Source: a cyanobacterium endosymbiont of Rhopalodia gibba
Lineage (GTDB): Bacteria > Cyanobacteriota > Cyanobacteriia > Cyanobacteriales > Microcystaceae
Direction of reading: 5' to 3'
DNA length: 64,000 bases
Assembly: GCA_045159875.1 (NCBI GenBank)
Contig: CP067995.1
Location: forward strand, 1,184,001 to 1,248,000
Under the pieces are notes generated by a model. That model was given only the letters and a program-made list of their open reading frames with translations. It ran no database searches and was not told where the DNA came from. Shown here piece by piece: positions 32,721-43,770 of the stretch. The translations under genes were made by a program, and so were the position numbers. Position 1 is the stretch's first letter. Every line of letters starts with the position of its first letter.

Positions 32721-33953
32721 TTAAGATAAATGCTCAACTGAATAAACTCTTCCCTTCCAATGGCCTCCTTTTCCTCTCCAATGACGTAATGCAGAGTCCA
32801 TGGTCATCAACAAATAGAAAAAGGAAATTGCGGGTAAACTAATTGACCATAATAACGAGGTTTTATATAATCGCAAAGTTGGTAAATAGGAAATACTCAT
32901 TAATAGCCAGGTAATTCCTCCTAAACTAGTAATTAACCTATTGCCAACGACTAAACCCCAAATTAAACTAACCGGAGGGACAATATAAATTAAAGTTAGC
33001 CCTATAACAGTCCCTATGAGTAAAAGTGGAGAATAATTTAATTGGGTATAAGCAGTTCTAGCTACCATATCCCAAATAGTTTCTAGGGAATCATAAGGTC
33101 GTAAACTACAAGTTTTTTCACTCAATCCTAACCAAATGCCTTGAGGAGGATTCTCTGAAATGTCTTGTAGTTTTGATTTAACGGCTGCTGCCAGAGAACA
33201 ATCATCGATCAAAGCCTGACGAACAATTTCAAGTCCTCCCATCTGTTCTAAAATATCTTGACGAATTAAAATACAACCTCCTGCAGCGGCTGCCATTTTA
33301 TGATGAGGATCATTTACCCACAAAAAAGGATACAGTTTTTCAAAGAAGAAAACAAAAGCAGGAATTAAAAACTTTTCCCAAATACTTTGACAACGCAACC
33401 GAACCATTAAGGAGGTCAGGGCTAAGTTTTCTTGTTGAGATTTGCCTACTAACTCTCGTAGATTGGTTTGATGATGTTCAATATCAGCATCGGTGAAGAG
33501 AATATAATCTGGGTGTAAATTCTGTTCTTTGATATATTTAATTCCTTGTTCCATTGCCCATAATTTTCCTGACCATCCCGAGGATAAGAGCTCTCCAGAA
33601 ATAACAGTTAGCCGATCAGTTTTATTCAAAATTGTGGCTAATTTATAGGCAATTTCTGCAGTTCCATCATCACTTTGATCATCAACTAGAATGATTTTAA
33701 AATAACCTAAATAATCTTGATTGAGCAATGATTTTAAACTAACGGGTAAAACATCTGCTTCATTTCTAGCAGGGATCACTACACAAACAGACGGATAAGT
33801 AGTCAACGATATTTTCTCTGGATCTATTTTTTGATTAGATAACCAAAAATAACCTCTAAAGAGCAATAGATATAACCATATTATTAATGACAATATAGTA
33901 ATAATAGTTATTATCAAGGTGTTCTCCATGATTTTAATGAGTATGGCATTCAC
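32721..33953 (-). CDS. hpnB: hopene-associated glycosyltransferase (GT2)
   Basis: PARNEA, DDQSDDGT, GWSGKLWA, TDADI, AAAAGGCILIR, ALIDDC, WDMVARTAYTQL, GGHWKGR. Confidence 0.85.
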   Translation of the reverse strand: MNAILIKIMENTLIITIITILSLIIWLYLLLFRGYFWLSNQKIDPEKISLTTYPSVCVVIPARNEADVLPVSLKSLLNQDYLGYFKIILVDDQSDDGTAEIAYKLATILNKTDRLTVISGELLSSGWSGKLWAMEQGIKYIKEQNLHPDYILFTDADIEHHQTNLRELVGKSQQENLALTSLMVRLRCQSIWEKFLIPAFVFFFEKLYPFLWVNDPHHKMAAAAGGCILIRQDILEQMGGLEIVRQALIDDCSLAAAVKSKLQDISENPPQGIWLGLSEKTCSLRPYDSLETIWDMVARTAYTQLNYSPLLLIGTVIGLTLIYIVPPVSLIWGLVVGNRLITSLGGITWLLMSISYLPTLRLYKTSLLWSISLPAISFFYLLMTMDSALRHWRGKGGHWKGRVYSVEHLS

Positions 33954-34004
33954 ATTTTAGTTTTGTAAGAAACTCTTTTAGTTTCTGGAAAAAGTGAACA
34001 GTGT

Positions 34005-34781
34005 TCAAAGAATCAATTGAGCTTGGGAATTAAAAAATTTACGATAAACTCCTTCTGTAACTAAAATAGCAGTTAATAAATTACTAAAAACAATCATAAA
34101 TAGAATCAAAATTTGATAGGAAGCAGCATTTAAGGGCTCAATTCCAGCTAAAACTTGTCCGGTAAACATCCCAGGTAAACTGACGATTCCTACTACCATC
34201 ATTTGATTTAAAGTTGGAATTAATCCAATGCGAATAGCCTCTTTACGATAAGAAGCTATAGCCTGTTTCGGTGTTGCTCCCAAACACAGATAAGTTTCCA
34301 CTTCTAAGCGATTTTGAGAAATCATACTTCCTAATCTTTCCCCAGTCAAAGAAGCACTATTCATGGCATTTCCCAAAATCATACCGGTTAAAGGAATTAA
34401 ATACTGGGGGGAGTACCAAACATCGGGTCGAATAATAACAATTAAAGAATAACTTAGAGTTAATGAACTACTCACCAGCAATGCTCCCAAAACAACCGGG
34501 AATAAGCTGTCTTTTCGATGATTAATACGGTTATTAGCTGCCCTGGCGGCAATGGTTAACATAATCCCTAAAATTCCTAGAACAGCGACGGGATTATCCA
34601 ACTCAAATATGATTAATAAAACCGAACTCACTACTAGTAACTGTAGAAGTGATCTCCCCGCGGCTAAGATAAATTGTCCTTCTAACTCTAGTTTTTGCCA
34701 ATTTGACAAGACTATAGCCATAGTAATAATGCCAGATGACCATATCAAGTCCATTGTATCTAGTGTAATGAAATCATCCAC
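34005..34781 (-). CDS. fetB: ABC permease FetB/UPF0014 family
   Basis: PQYLIPLTGMILGNAMN, LGATPKQA, GIVSLPGMFTGQVLAG. Confidence 0.85.
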   Translation of the reverse strand: MDDFITLDTMDLIWSSGIITMAIVLSNWQKLELEGQFILAAGRSLLQLLVVSSVLLIIFELDNPVAVLGILGIMLTIAARAANNRINHRKDSLFPVVLGALLVSSSLTLSYSLIVIIRPDVWYSPQYLIPLTGMILGNAMNSASLTGERLGSMISQNRLEVETYLCLGATPKQAIASYRKEAIRIGLIPTLNQMMVVGIVSLPGMFTGQVLAGIEPLNAASYQILILFMIVFSNLLTAILVTEGVYRKFFNSQAQLIL

Positions 34782-34811
34782 AATAAACTGACTCCAATAT
34801 TGTTGAAGAAA

Positions 34812-35393
34812 TTAACTATAGTAGGAGGGTTCATTCCCAGGTTTCCATTTAATGCTACAACCCAGACTGGGTTTTTGGTCATTGTTAACTGTTTTTTTAT
34901 CTAAAATAGCTTCTATTGCCGCTCTTAAATCTTTACCCGTGACGGGGATATCATTCCCTGGACGACTATCATCTAACTGTCCCCTATAAGCTAACTTAAA
35001 GTTCCTATCAAAAAGGAAAAAATCAGGTGTACAAGCGGCAGTATAAGCTTTAGTTGTTTCTTGACTTTCATCATAACAAAAAGGAAAATTAAATCTTAAT
35101 TGTTGAGCCATCGCTTTAAGATTTTCAGGAGAATCATCAGGATAGTTAGAGACATCATTAGCACTAATAGCGACAATTCCTAACCCTTGTTTAACATAAT
35201 CTTCGCCTAATTTAACTAGTTCATTTTGAACGTGCTTAACAAAGGGACAATGCTGACAAATAACCATGACTAGGAGGGCTTTTTTGTCAGCAAAGGTACC
35301 CAAAGAAATAGGTTTTTCCGATACTACGTCAGGTAATTGAAAATCGGGGGCTTTTGTGCCGAGTGGTAACATCCTTGAATGGGTTCTTGCCAT
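34812..35393 (-). CDS. thioredoxin-fold AhpC/TSA family protein
   Basis: APDFQLPD, CQHCPFV, ISANDV..YPDDSP, ACTPDFF, YRGQLDDSRP, GCSIKW. Confidence 0.9.
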   Translation of the reverse strand: MARTHSRMLPLGTKAPDFQLPDVVSEKPISLGTFADKKALLVMVICQHCPFVKHVQNELVKLGEDYVKQGLGIVAISANDVSNYPDDSPENLKAMAQQLRFNFPFCYDESQETTKAYTAACTPDFFLFDRNFKLAYRGQLDDSRPGNDIPVTGKDLRAAIEAILDKKTVNNDQKPSLGCSIKWKPGNEPSYYS

Positions 35394-35427
35394 AATCTTA
35401 ACTCCTTAGCTTTAGGTTAAAGCTAGT

Positions 35428-36549
35428 TTACAGTCCCTCTAGTAATTTATCAACTTGCTCAACCCCTTTGGTATTATCTTGCTTTTCATATAGTTGGCGA
35501 GCTTGTTTCAAGGCTTCTTTTGCTTCTCTTTTCCTTTTGCGTTCTTTATAAGCTAAGCCAAGATAATAATACGGTTCAGGAGTTTCTGGTAGCATACCAA
35601 TCAATTCTCGATAGGTAATAACAGCCCCTAAATAATCTTCTGTTGCTAACTGAATTCTTCCTACTCCAGCACGAGCTTCTGTTAAACGAGGATATAAGTA
35701 TGTAATACGTTTATAGGTTTTGAGAGCGTGCTCGAGTTTATCTTGTTGTTCTAACAGTCTACCAATTTTCAACTGGATTTTAACTATTCCTGGAGCAAGT
35801 TTTTCAGCAACTTTCAACTCTTTAAATGCCTGTTCAACCTCTTCTTTTTCTAATAAAGCTGTTGCAAATAATAACCTTAAATCACTATTATGAGGGAATC
35901 TTTTCACGGCATTATCAAGATACTTAATCGCCTCATCAATTTGCTTTTGTTGAATCAAAGAAGATCCCATGATGTTAAAAGCTTCTGGATTATTGGGATT
36001 AAGGGCAATAACTCGTTTATAAGCTTGTGCTGCTCCTTCATAGTCATTTTGACGCAACAATACAACTCCTAGACCAATATAATTTTTGGCTACTTCGGGA
36101 GTAAGTTGAATGGCATAATAATAAGCTGATGCGGCGTTAGCATTATCATTAATGTTAGCTAAGCTAAATCCTAGGGCATAGTAGAATTCCGCATTATCGG
36201 AATCAAGAGTTACAGCTTGTTGATAAGCTTTAACAGCTTGTCTATAATTTCCTTTTTTTGCGTATAAAAAGCCAATTCCTGAAAAAATTCGTGGATTCTT
36301 TCTGTCGAGAATTGCCGCTTTTTCATAAACCACAATAGCATTGTTATAATCTTTGGCATCTACATATTCTCGACCTAAACGAAGTAGCTCTTTTAGCTGA
36401 TTACTTTGAGATGATTGCTGGACAAAAAATTGGGGGGACAAGGGATTTGCGATGGCTGGAGAAATTAGGCCACTCACTAATACACTTATCATCCAGGGTA
36501 AGGTTGTCTTGGAAAACATAGTGTTGGAACTTTTGTGACAATTATCCAC
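35428..36549 (-). CDS. exported tetratricopeptide-repeat protein
   Basis: Signal peptide then about 9 TPR units (AEFYYALGFSL, NYIGLGVVL, PYYYLGLAY). Confidence 0.85.
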   Translation of the reverse strand: MDNCHKSSNTMFSKTTLPWMISVLVSGLISPAIANPLSPQFFVQQSSQSNQLKELLRLGREYVDAKDYNNAIVVYEKAAILDRKNPRIFSGIGFLYAKKGNYRQAVKAYQQAVTLDSDNAEFYYALGFSLANINDNANAASAYYYAIQLTPEVAKNYIGLGVVLLRQNDYEGAAQAYKRVIALNPNNPEAFNIMGSSLIQQKQIDEAIKYLDNAVKRFPHNSDLRLLFATALLEKEEVEQAFKELKVAEKLAPGIVKIQLKIGRLLEQQDKLEHALKTYKRITYLYPRLTEARAGVGRIQLATEDYLGAVITYRELIGMLPETPEPYYYLGLAYKERKRKREAKEALKQARQLYEKQDNTKGVEQVDKLLEGL

Positions 36550-37380
36550 GAATCTTTAACCGTAAACTATACTAACCTACTTGCTTGATGATTCAGTATT
36601 TATCAAAACGCTTGTCAATTAATACAGTCAGGTTAGATTGAGGCGATTCCCCTATCTCGTACAATTGGTAAAGTTTCTGAAAACTTACCCTGATACTTAT
36701 TTTAAGTACTCTAAAAGCAATAAAGCATTTTCATGGCGGGAGTTGTAACCCATTAACCTAATAGTTCAGGTTTCTGCATTTACTAAAGTTAAAATCGCAA
36801 GACCATAGCTTTATAACCTCTATTTTAATTTTTCCAAACTAAAGACTTTTCTCAAAAGTTTAGTAGGTTTATGAAATTCTCTCCCGTAGCAACTAGCCAT
36901 ATCTACTAAGCAATGACTAAGACATTCTATGACGCATACTAAAACCTTATCTTTAGGTTCAACTACCTTGACTAAGGTTGTTTGTGTCCTCGTGATCCTC
37001 CTTCTATTCACAGAAATAGTTAGAAAATGATTAGTTTGCTACACGTAGCGCAACAGAGTTTATATTTTGTCTATTAATTGAAGATAGAATCAGTCGAGTT
37101 ACCGGTAGGAGAAAAACTCATGGCTGCGAGGAGACTATGGTTTGTATTGAAGAGGACAGGGACTGATAAAAGACAGAAAGAAAAGTTAAAAGATTAGAGT
37201 AGGGAAGAAATAAGAATGTTCACGGCAATCTTATAAATCTTGATATTATCTCAACTTGAGGAAAAAGTTTATTTTACTTAAATGATGATGTTTTTTAACG
37301 ACAAAGTTAAGAAATAAAACATTTGGGGGCTTACTTGAATTTTTTAAGTCGTGTTTTACAAATCGCTAAATGTAAGTTGC

Positions 37381-37427
37381 AATCATTATACACCTTAATA
37401 TTTTTTTTATTAAGGTGTATGATGATT
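37381..37427. repeat. inverted repeat, 20-bp arms with 1 mismatch
   Basis: AATCATTATACACCTTAATA-ttttttt-TATTAAGGTGTATGATGATT. Confidence 0.9.
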
Positions 37428-37869
37428 TTTTTTGTACACATCGGTAGACTTGGTAACTTTGTTTTTCAATCAGTAGAGTAAATTTCTTGATAAGAACATA
37501 AATTTTTGGCAGACTAACTTAACAACTTTTCTATTTTTTCTTGCTTAAGTAAGTTTAAAAAAACGCGATGTAATCAATAAAAATATTTGAATATTTATAT
37601 ATAATTAGAAAAAAAATATATCTATATAAAACCTTGGTAAGGTTACCAAGATACATACAAGATAATTTGTGTTTATATCTGTATAAATAGTATTAACTAT
37701 CTATACAGATATTGAGTATTAAAGTCTTTAAAGTGTTACTAAATTTAAAAACTATAATGAATAAGTTTTATGGGCTTATTAAGCCAATGAAATAGCTACT
37801 AAAAAGTAAATATAAGTTTTATTTTACTTTCGCTATTAACATTAAATTTCACTAAATATAACTTGAATA

Positions 37870-38500
37870 CTATCCCAGTAAATTACAGAAAATCTAACCG
37901 ATGATTACGAGTGAAATCTTTAATTTCTTCTTTCATTTAACTGAGGATATTACACTAATTTAGTAAGACCTTGTATTCTATCAATTCTTTGAAAAACCTC
38001 ATGGACTCAAGGCTCATCTACTAAAGTCCATAATCTTCCTGCTAACTCTAATTTTAAAGAGTAAGTTGGCAAATGTTCCTTAGTAATGTATTTAGTCTTT
38101 TTTTTACCATTATGCAGTCTGACCTTATGTTATTTTATCTTAATCAAATTTTTTTACAGACAGTCTTACCTTTTTAGAAAAATGTTTACTAATTAAATTC
38201 AGCTACTTTGTATCCACTTTTGGAATGTGATTCTATACAGGTCGTTCCGTTAGTAGTTTGAAAATTTCATAGACATAATAGACATATAATTATTCACAGT
38301 CCTGTCTTACTATTATAGCAGTTGGTCTTTCCAAAATTCTAATCCTAACTTTTTTTTCTCTCTCCAATGAGCTATTATTCATAATATTTTTACTATAAAT
38401 AAAAAATATTGCTACAGCGAGCGCACTTACAATACACTTTTAAAAGTAAATGCTATTTTCTTTGTTTTACAGATTTTTAGTCCCTCGTATATTAGTTTTA
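37870..38500 (-). mobile_element. IS630-family transposase remnant
   Basis: EHLPTYSLKLELAGRLWTLVDEP resembles EFLPPYSPELQPAERLWTLVDEP; 38405-38460 shares ATAGCATTTACTTT and AGTGCGCTCGCT with the copy at 54835-54905. Confidence 0.7.
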
Positions 38501-38936
38501 ATAAACTAATATACTGGACAAAATAAGGGGTTTATTCTTATCACATTTATCTAAATTACTCTGGATTATTATAAGTTAATTGTAATAACTAAATTTAGTT
38601 TTACTTTAAATAAATTATTTGAAGCAATATAAATCATCCTCTGATTGTTTGAATACAAATATACAAAATTATTTTGATTATTAATGTTTATTTATGACTG
38701 TCTATTTAGAGTAGTAGTTTTGAGACTGGTAAAATACATAAGTTTCTGATTTTAAGTAGATTTTTGTATATTATTGAATGAGTTTAAGTCAGAAAATGTT
38801 TCTGACGCAAACAGTATATGGCAATAAATCCAAGGTAATTTAAACTAATAATTTTTAGTGTTTATTCTCCTGTACTTCTGGTACTTTATCTCAACTTCTT
38901 CGGGAGTTTTTATGACTATATTTGGTAGAATTGAAG

Positions 38937-39320
38937 TTATTTTACACCACTACAAACCCATTTTCGTAAAGGATGACTCGGTTTAAGTTGCTGAATTTTT
39001 TTAAGCTGATTTTTAAGACGAACTTTTTCCCTGGGAGAAAGACCACGAATAATATGGCTACTATGCAAAGTCAAAACAGCTCCAGTGATTGCAGTACAAA
39101 AAAATAAACTAAACGCAGGAAGTAAATTAAAGGCCAATCCATAACGTAGTGCAACCCAAGTAAAATGTTCATGCCATAACTCAAATTCTTCCCATAATTT
39201 CCAAAGAGAAAAAGAACCCAGGGTTAACCAACATAAAATAATAAATAACCAGCGACGACAAAGATTAAGTTGATATAAACGTTGAACTTGTTTATTGAGT
39301 ATAGTATCGGAATGTTTCAT
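38937..39320 (-). CDS. conserved cyanobacterial membrane protein, coupled to upstream ABC ATPase
   Basis: Two hydrophobic segments, HFTWVALRYGL, SHPL motif; 4-bp overlap with 39317..39976. Confidence 0.7.
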   Translation of the reverse strand: MKHSDTILNKQVQRLYQLNLCRRWLFIILCWLTLGSFSLWKLWEEFELWHEHFTWVALRYGLAFNLLPAFSLFFCTAITGAVLTLHSSHIIRGLSPREKVRLKNQLKKIQQLKPSHPLRKWVCSGVK

Positions 39321-39976
39321 TGACTTTCTTGGGACTTAAACATAGCAGTATCCAATGATACTAGGTGTCCTTGGTGAATCTTCCAACAACGATCAGCGAT
39401 CGTAAATAACTCTCCTGGATCATGACTTACAACTAACAAAGTCCAGTGTCCTTTCAGTTTAGATAACAACTTAGCTAACTGATGGCGCATAGACCAATCT
39501 AACCCAGCCGTGGGCTCATCTAAGAGCAGTAAATTGGGTTGACGAATTAGCTGCACGGCTAAGGCTAGCCTACGTTGTTGTCCACCACTGAGGGCATGGG
39601 GAGACTGATTTAAGGGAATATGTTCTAATCCTACTTCTTGTAAAGCAGTTTTGATGCGATCAGAAAGAATTTCTGGATGTCCTAAACGTAATTCTTCTAA
39701 GATGGTGCTACCACAAAAATACCGTTGAGGAAACTGAAAGACCAACCCTCCTAATTGTTGCAATTCTAGAGATGTAAGTTCTTGATCTCTCCAGAAAATT
39801 TTCCCTTCGGTTTTTTCAGCCAACCCAGCTATTATTTCTAATAATGTTGTTTTTCCTGAACCACTCGGACCAATAATCAAACCTAATTCTTGAGGAGCAA
39901 GTTCTAGGTTAGCCTCCTTCAGAATAGGGTTCAGGGTTGCTGGGGGATGATAAACTACATTTTTAAGATAGAGCAT
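39317..39976 (-). CDS. ABC transporter ATP-binding protein (CbiO/EcfA-like)
   Basis: Walker A GPSGSGKT, LSGGQQRR, LLLDEPTAGLD, VSHD. Confidence 0.92.
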   Translation of the reverse strand: MLYLKNVVYHPPATLNPILKEANLELAPQELGLIIGPSGSGKTTLLEIIAGLAEKTEGKIFWRDQELTSLELQQLGGLVFQFPQRYFCGSTILEELRLGHPEILSDRIKTALQEVGLEHIPLNQSPHALSGGQQRRLALAVQLIRQPNLLLLDEPTAGLDWSMRHQLAKLLSKLKGHWTLLVVSHDPGELFTIADRCWKIHQGHLVSLDTAMFKSQESQ

Positions 39977-40113
39977 TCAAACAGCAAAGTATAAACTTAT
40001 AGTAAAGACAATTAGAAATTATTCTTTTATTTTGACAGATTTTTGCTAGCATCAATATCAATACTCAGTGTCTATCACTAAAATTATAGTTTTGTGTTGT
40101 TAGGAGTGAGGCT

Positions 40114-41028
40114 ATGATAGCGCGATTCATTAGAGTTCAACAGATGTCTCTGTCTATATCAGTGGCCTCTGCGGTTGTCTTGAGTATTTTGGAAAGTCCT
40201 TCTTTAGCTGGCGACCCCTTTCGTAAGGATAATCCTCGTAACATCGGCGGTCAAACAGAAGCAGCTTTTATCGCTGTATTTCATGAGGGAAACTATTCTA
40301 AAGCTCAACTCCATCTCAAAGAAGCGGTTGAGACAGAAGCCAATGAACCCTTAGCTCATGCTATGCGGGCATCGTTAGCTTATTCTGATGGAGATTTAGG
40401 GTCGATGAATACTTATGCCCAACAGACGTTAAAAGCTGCTCAAGAACTGCTCAAGAAAGATCCCTTACGAGGAAATCTTTATTTAGCTGTGGGACATTTT
40501 CTCGAAGGAGCTCATACGTTTAAAACAAAAGGGGCTATTGGAGCCGTCAATAAACTTCCCCAGGTGTTTAGTTATCTTGATGAGGCAGAAAAAAAAGCCC
40601 CGAATGATCCTGAATTAAATTTACTTAAAGGCTATCTTGACTTAATTCTAGCTGTTAATTTACCTTTTTCTAGTCCCGAAGATGCGATCACTCGTTTTGA
40701 ACGATATGCAGCCCCTGATTATATGGTCAGTCGAGCCTTATCTGCTGCCTATCGAGATTTAAAAGACTATGATAAGGCTCTAGAATCTATTGATCGAGCA
40801 TTAGAAAGTAATACTAAAAACCCTGAAGTTCAGTATCTTAAAGGTCAAATTCTTCTTAATATTGGTATCAAAAATCAAAATTCAGAGAATCTTCAAGAGG
40901 CTTTTACCTATTTTGAACAGGCAATGATTAAGGTAGAACAATTGCCGATTTCTGTGCAAATTTCTCTGCGTCACGATTACAATAAGGTACAACTGGAAAT
41001 GGATAAACTAGCGACTAAACCAAATTGA
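40114..41028 (+). CDS. Sll0314/Alr1548-family TPR protein
   Basis: Signal peptide, AGDPFR...TEAAF, DPLRGNLYLAVGHFLEGA, DPELNLLKGY, TPR helices. Confidence 0.75.
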   Translation: MIARFIRVQQMSLSISVASAVVLSILESPSLAGDPFRKDNPRNIGGQTEAAFIAVFHEGNYSKAQLHLKEAVETEANEPLAHAMRASLAYSDGDLGSMNTYAQQTLKAAQELLKKDPLRGNLYLAVGHFLEGAHTFKTKGAIGAVNKLPQVFSYLDEAEKKAPNDPELNLLKGYLDLILAVNLPFSSPEDAITRFERYAAPDYMVSRALSAAYRDLKDYDKALESIDRALESNTKNPEVQYLKGQILLNIGIKNQNSENLQEAFTYFEQAMIKVEQLPISVQISLRHDYNKVQLEMDKLATKPN

Positions 41029-41049
41029 TGACAGGCTTTTTTATATTAT

Positions 41050-41537
41050 CAAAAATCAATCACCTTTTCTTGTTAGTGGAAGTGGTAGCGACCACAGCTT
41101 TAAGTTTGGCGTTTATCAGACTAGCAGAGCATCTTTGCCCCAAGGGTTTACTGACCCTACCCTTCCAAATCTGAACAATATCCAGGTTATCGCTACGCCA
41201 TTTGTCGCTACTAACGAACATTATCTGAAGCAGCCAATTGCGAGTTTTACTATTTTTATCAGTAGACTAGTACTGATAAAGTTTTTATGACCAATCAAGT
41301 GAAAGCCTATTATACCTAACAGTATCTTGAAAGGTAGGGGAACCTCGATTGACACTAGGTGTCTTTTCTGTACCGCACTATTTAGGTATCAGTCCCTCAA
41401 AAATTGCCCAAAATATTGAGGTAGAAGATATACCTCCAACGATAGTGGTTAATATTGGGCTACAAGGAGATTCTAGTTACCAGAGTTTTCAGAAAAATCT
41501 GAAACGATTAACCGACTAGTTACAACAACATCAGTAA
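41050..41537 (+). pseudogene. decayed gene of unknown function
   Basis: Coding-like GC and protein-like fragments (PTLPNLNNIQVIATPF; SVPHYLGISPSKIAQNIEVEDIPPTIVVNIGLQGDSSYQSFQKNLKRL) broken by stops and frameshifts; family not recognised. Confidence 0.4.
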
Positions 41538-41734
41538 TGTAAAGTTGTTGGCACTTCGTCTTTTTTTCTATGACGACCCTTACATACCTGATGCAGTTAA
41601 ACGCGGTGACATTTAGATTTTCATTAAATTAGAAGAATTTTAAATTTATTGGCACTTATTTACATGATCACCCATCATTGTCATTACTGATGATCTCGTT
41701 TAACGGATCAATTAGCAACTAATCACCGAATTTA

Positions 41735-42559
41735 TTGATAACTGTGAAAGTTTTTATTTTACTTACTTGTCTAGCATTCACTCAGGTTGCTGGAGATATA
41801 TTACTCAGTCTGGGGATGAAGAATTTTGGAATTTTTGAGTTCTCCAACCCCTTAATCATACCTCACCTAATTAGTTACATTTTAACTAATATTTGGATTA
41901 TTTTAGGCATTACCGTTCTAATTATTTCATTGGGTCTTTATTTAACGGCAATTTCTAATCTAGATCTGAGTTATGTATTACCTATTCACGCATCAAGTTA
42001 TGTTTTGAATGGTGTATTTGCTTGGTTACTTCTGGACGAGAAAATTTCTATAATACGATGGTCGAGTACTTTATTAATTGCTTTTGGTGCGTTTTTTGTT
42101 GGGTTAAGTGATAGTCAAACTGCTCAGGTTTCTCATAATAGAAATATAACACCCCAAAATTTTCCTTTATTTTTATTCCCATTAAATGCAGTAATTTCTA
42201 AATCTTGGTTAGTAGTTTTAGGAATTTCTTTATCAGATTCCGCAGGAGATTTGCTGTTAGCACTGGGAATGAAAAAAATAGGTAAATTAGAAAATTTGAC
42301 TTTTCAATCTATGGTTAAGTTAGTGATTAAAATTATTACTAATCCTATGATTATTAGTGGTATTGCCTGTCAGGGAATTGCATTTTTTTGTTTTATAATT
42401 GTGTTGACTTGGTTGGATATTAGTTTTGTTCGTCCGGCAACAGCTTTGACTTATCTTATAAGTATGTTTGGAGCTAAATACATTTTACAAGAAGATATTA
42501 AAGAACGTAAACTAATTGGCATTACTCTAATTGGGTTAGGGATATTAGTACATAGCTAA
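41735..42559 (+). CDS. EamA/DMT superfamily transporter (two SMR-like halves)
   Basis: Internal duplication GDILLSLGMK / GDLLLALGMK, LDLSYVLP / LDISFVRP; highly hydrophobic. Confidence 0.8.
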   Translation: MITVKVFILLTCLAFTQVAGDILLSLGMKNFGIFEFSNPLIIPHLISYILTNIWIILGITVLIISLGLYLTAISNLDLSYVLPIHASSYVLNGVFAWLLLDEKISIIRWSSTLLIAFGAFFVGLSDSQTAQVSHNRNITPQNFPLFLFPLNAVISKSWLVVLGISLSDSAGDLLLALGMKKIGKLENLTFQSMVKLVIKIITNPMIISGIACQGIAFFCFIIVLTWLDISFVRPATALTYLISMFGAKYILQEDIKERKLIGITLIGLGILVHS

Positions 42560-43189
42560 TGCTACTATTTAAGTCATTAACTCCACTAACCTTAAGAGGT
42601 GGTACTATATTGAGTAGTTCTGAGCTCTAGATTGAAGTGACGGCAAAAACGAAACTTAATTTAATGTTTTTGCGTTAATTAAAGTTTGTACAGACAGTTT
42701 ATAAGTTACTGTATTATTATTTCCTGCTTTTGCTAAAAGGACAATCTTTTAAGAGACATATTCTCTAACTAATGAACCTCTAGGTATTCGTAGTGTTTTT
42801 AGCGGACTCTATCATTAAAAATAAAATCTATCTAAAAATATGAACTATAAATCTAAAAAATTTGGATTTTTTGTATATTTTTCTCCTTTAGAGTTCTTTA
42901 TTTATTTTATTAATTCAGCTCTTCTCAACTAGCTATTACAAAATCTTAATCAATAAGCGAAAGCTAAAACTATTGCTTGGCAAAGTATTCAATAATTCTA
43001 AAAACCTGATTTTTATAGGAATAATTTTTTTAGTATTATTGAATACACTCAGAATAATAATTTTATAAATTATTAGCTACTTATTCTTATTGTTGCCCTA
43101 AATTACTTTTATCTTAATCTGAATGTAAATCTAAATCTCTTTATTTTTGCTGAGACTTTTATGTCTAAATCAAGCTTAGATAATTTAAA

Positions 43190-43770
43190 AATATCAGTTT
43201 GGCTTTTATAAAATGAGTATAGTCATAAACCTGAGAAATTTATTGCAACGTCTAACGCAATTGATAGATAGAAATCGTCATAAGCTAATATATTTTCATA
43301 ATTAAATTGTGAGCTTTCTTTTACATATTTAACTTTTGTATCATAAACTAAAGTATGAACAGAGATCTTTATTGACTTTTTGAAATTGAGCTTCAATGCC
43401 ACTAGTATTCCTGAATCAATGATATCATCATCGATGACATTTTTATTACCATGCTAGATATTTAACCTTTTTAACTAAAGATTTTTTAAACTCATTGGTG
43501 AGGTGATATAAAGACTTAATTTAAATAGAAATCAAGAAAACTGTCTGATTAGAAGGATGACTTAATATAGACAAACGATGAATAATTATTACTTATAATA
43601 TTTTAATTTTTTATTTAGAAACTCTATCAAAATTAATAACTATTTAGTGAATTTTACAAAAAATTTGATTTTGAGACTTAGTATAACTTCTTATAACTCT
43701 TGATAAAGACTTGTCAATTTCTAGTATTTCCTTTTATTGTTTTAATTCTCCTGGGTTGATTATCTAATTC
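43190..43770 (-). pseudogene. hpt: hypoxanthine phosphoribosyltransferase-like remnant
   Basis: Open stretch 43223-43453 reads GNKNVIDDDIIDSGILV...YDDFYLSIALDVAINFSGL, matching the PRPP motif VLxVDDIIDSG and the C-terminal DxFVVGYGLDYxxxYRxL. Confidence 0.5.

Noticed and set aside
36600..37200. ORF 36820..37011 and surrounding coding-like DNA
   Set aside because: Probably a pseudogene fragment, but I could not assign a family.
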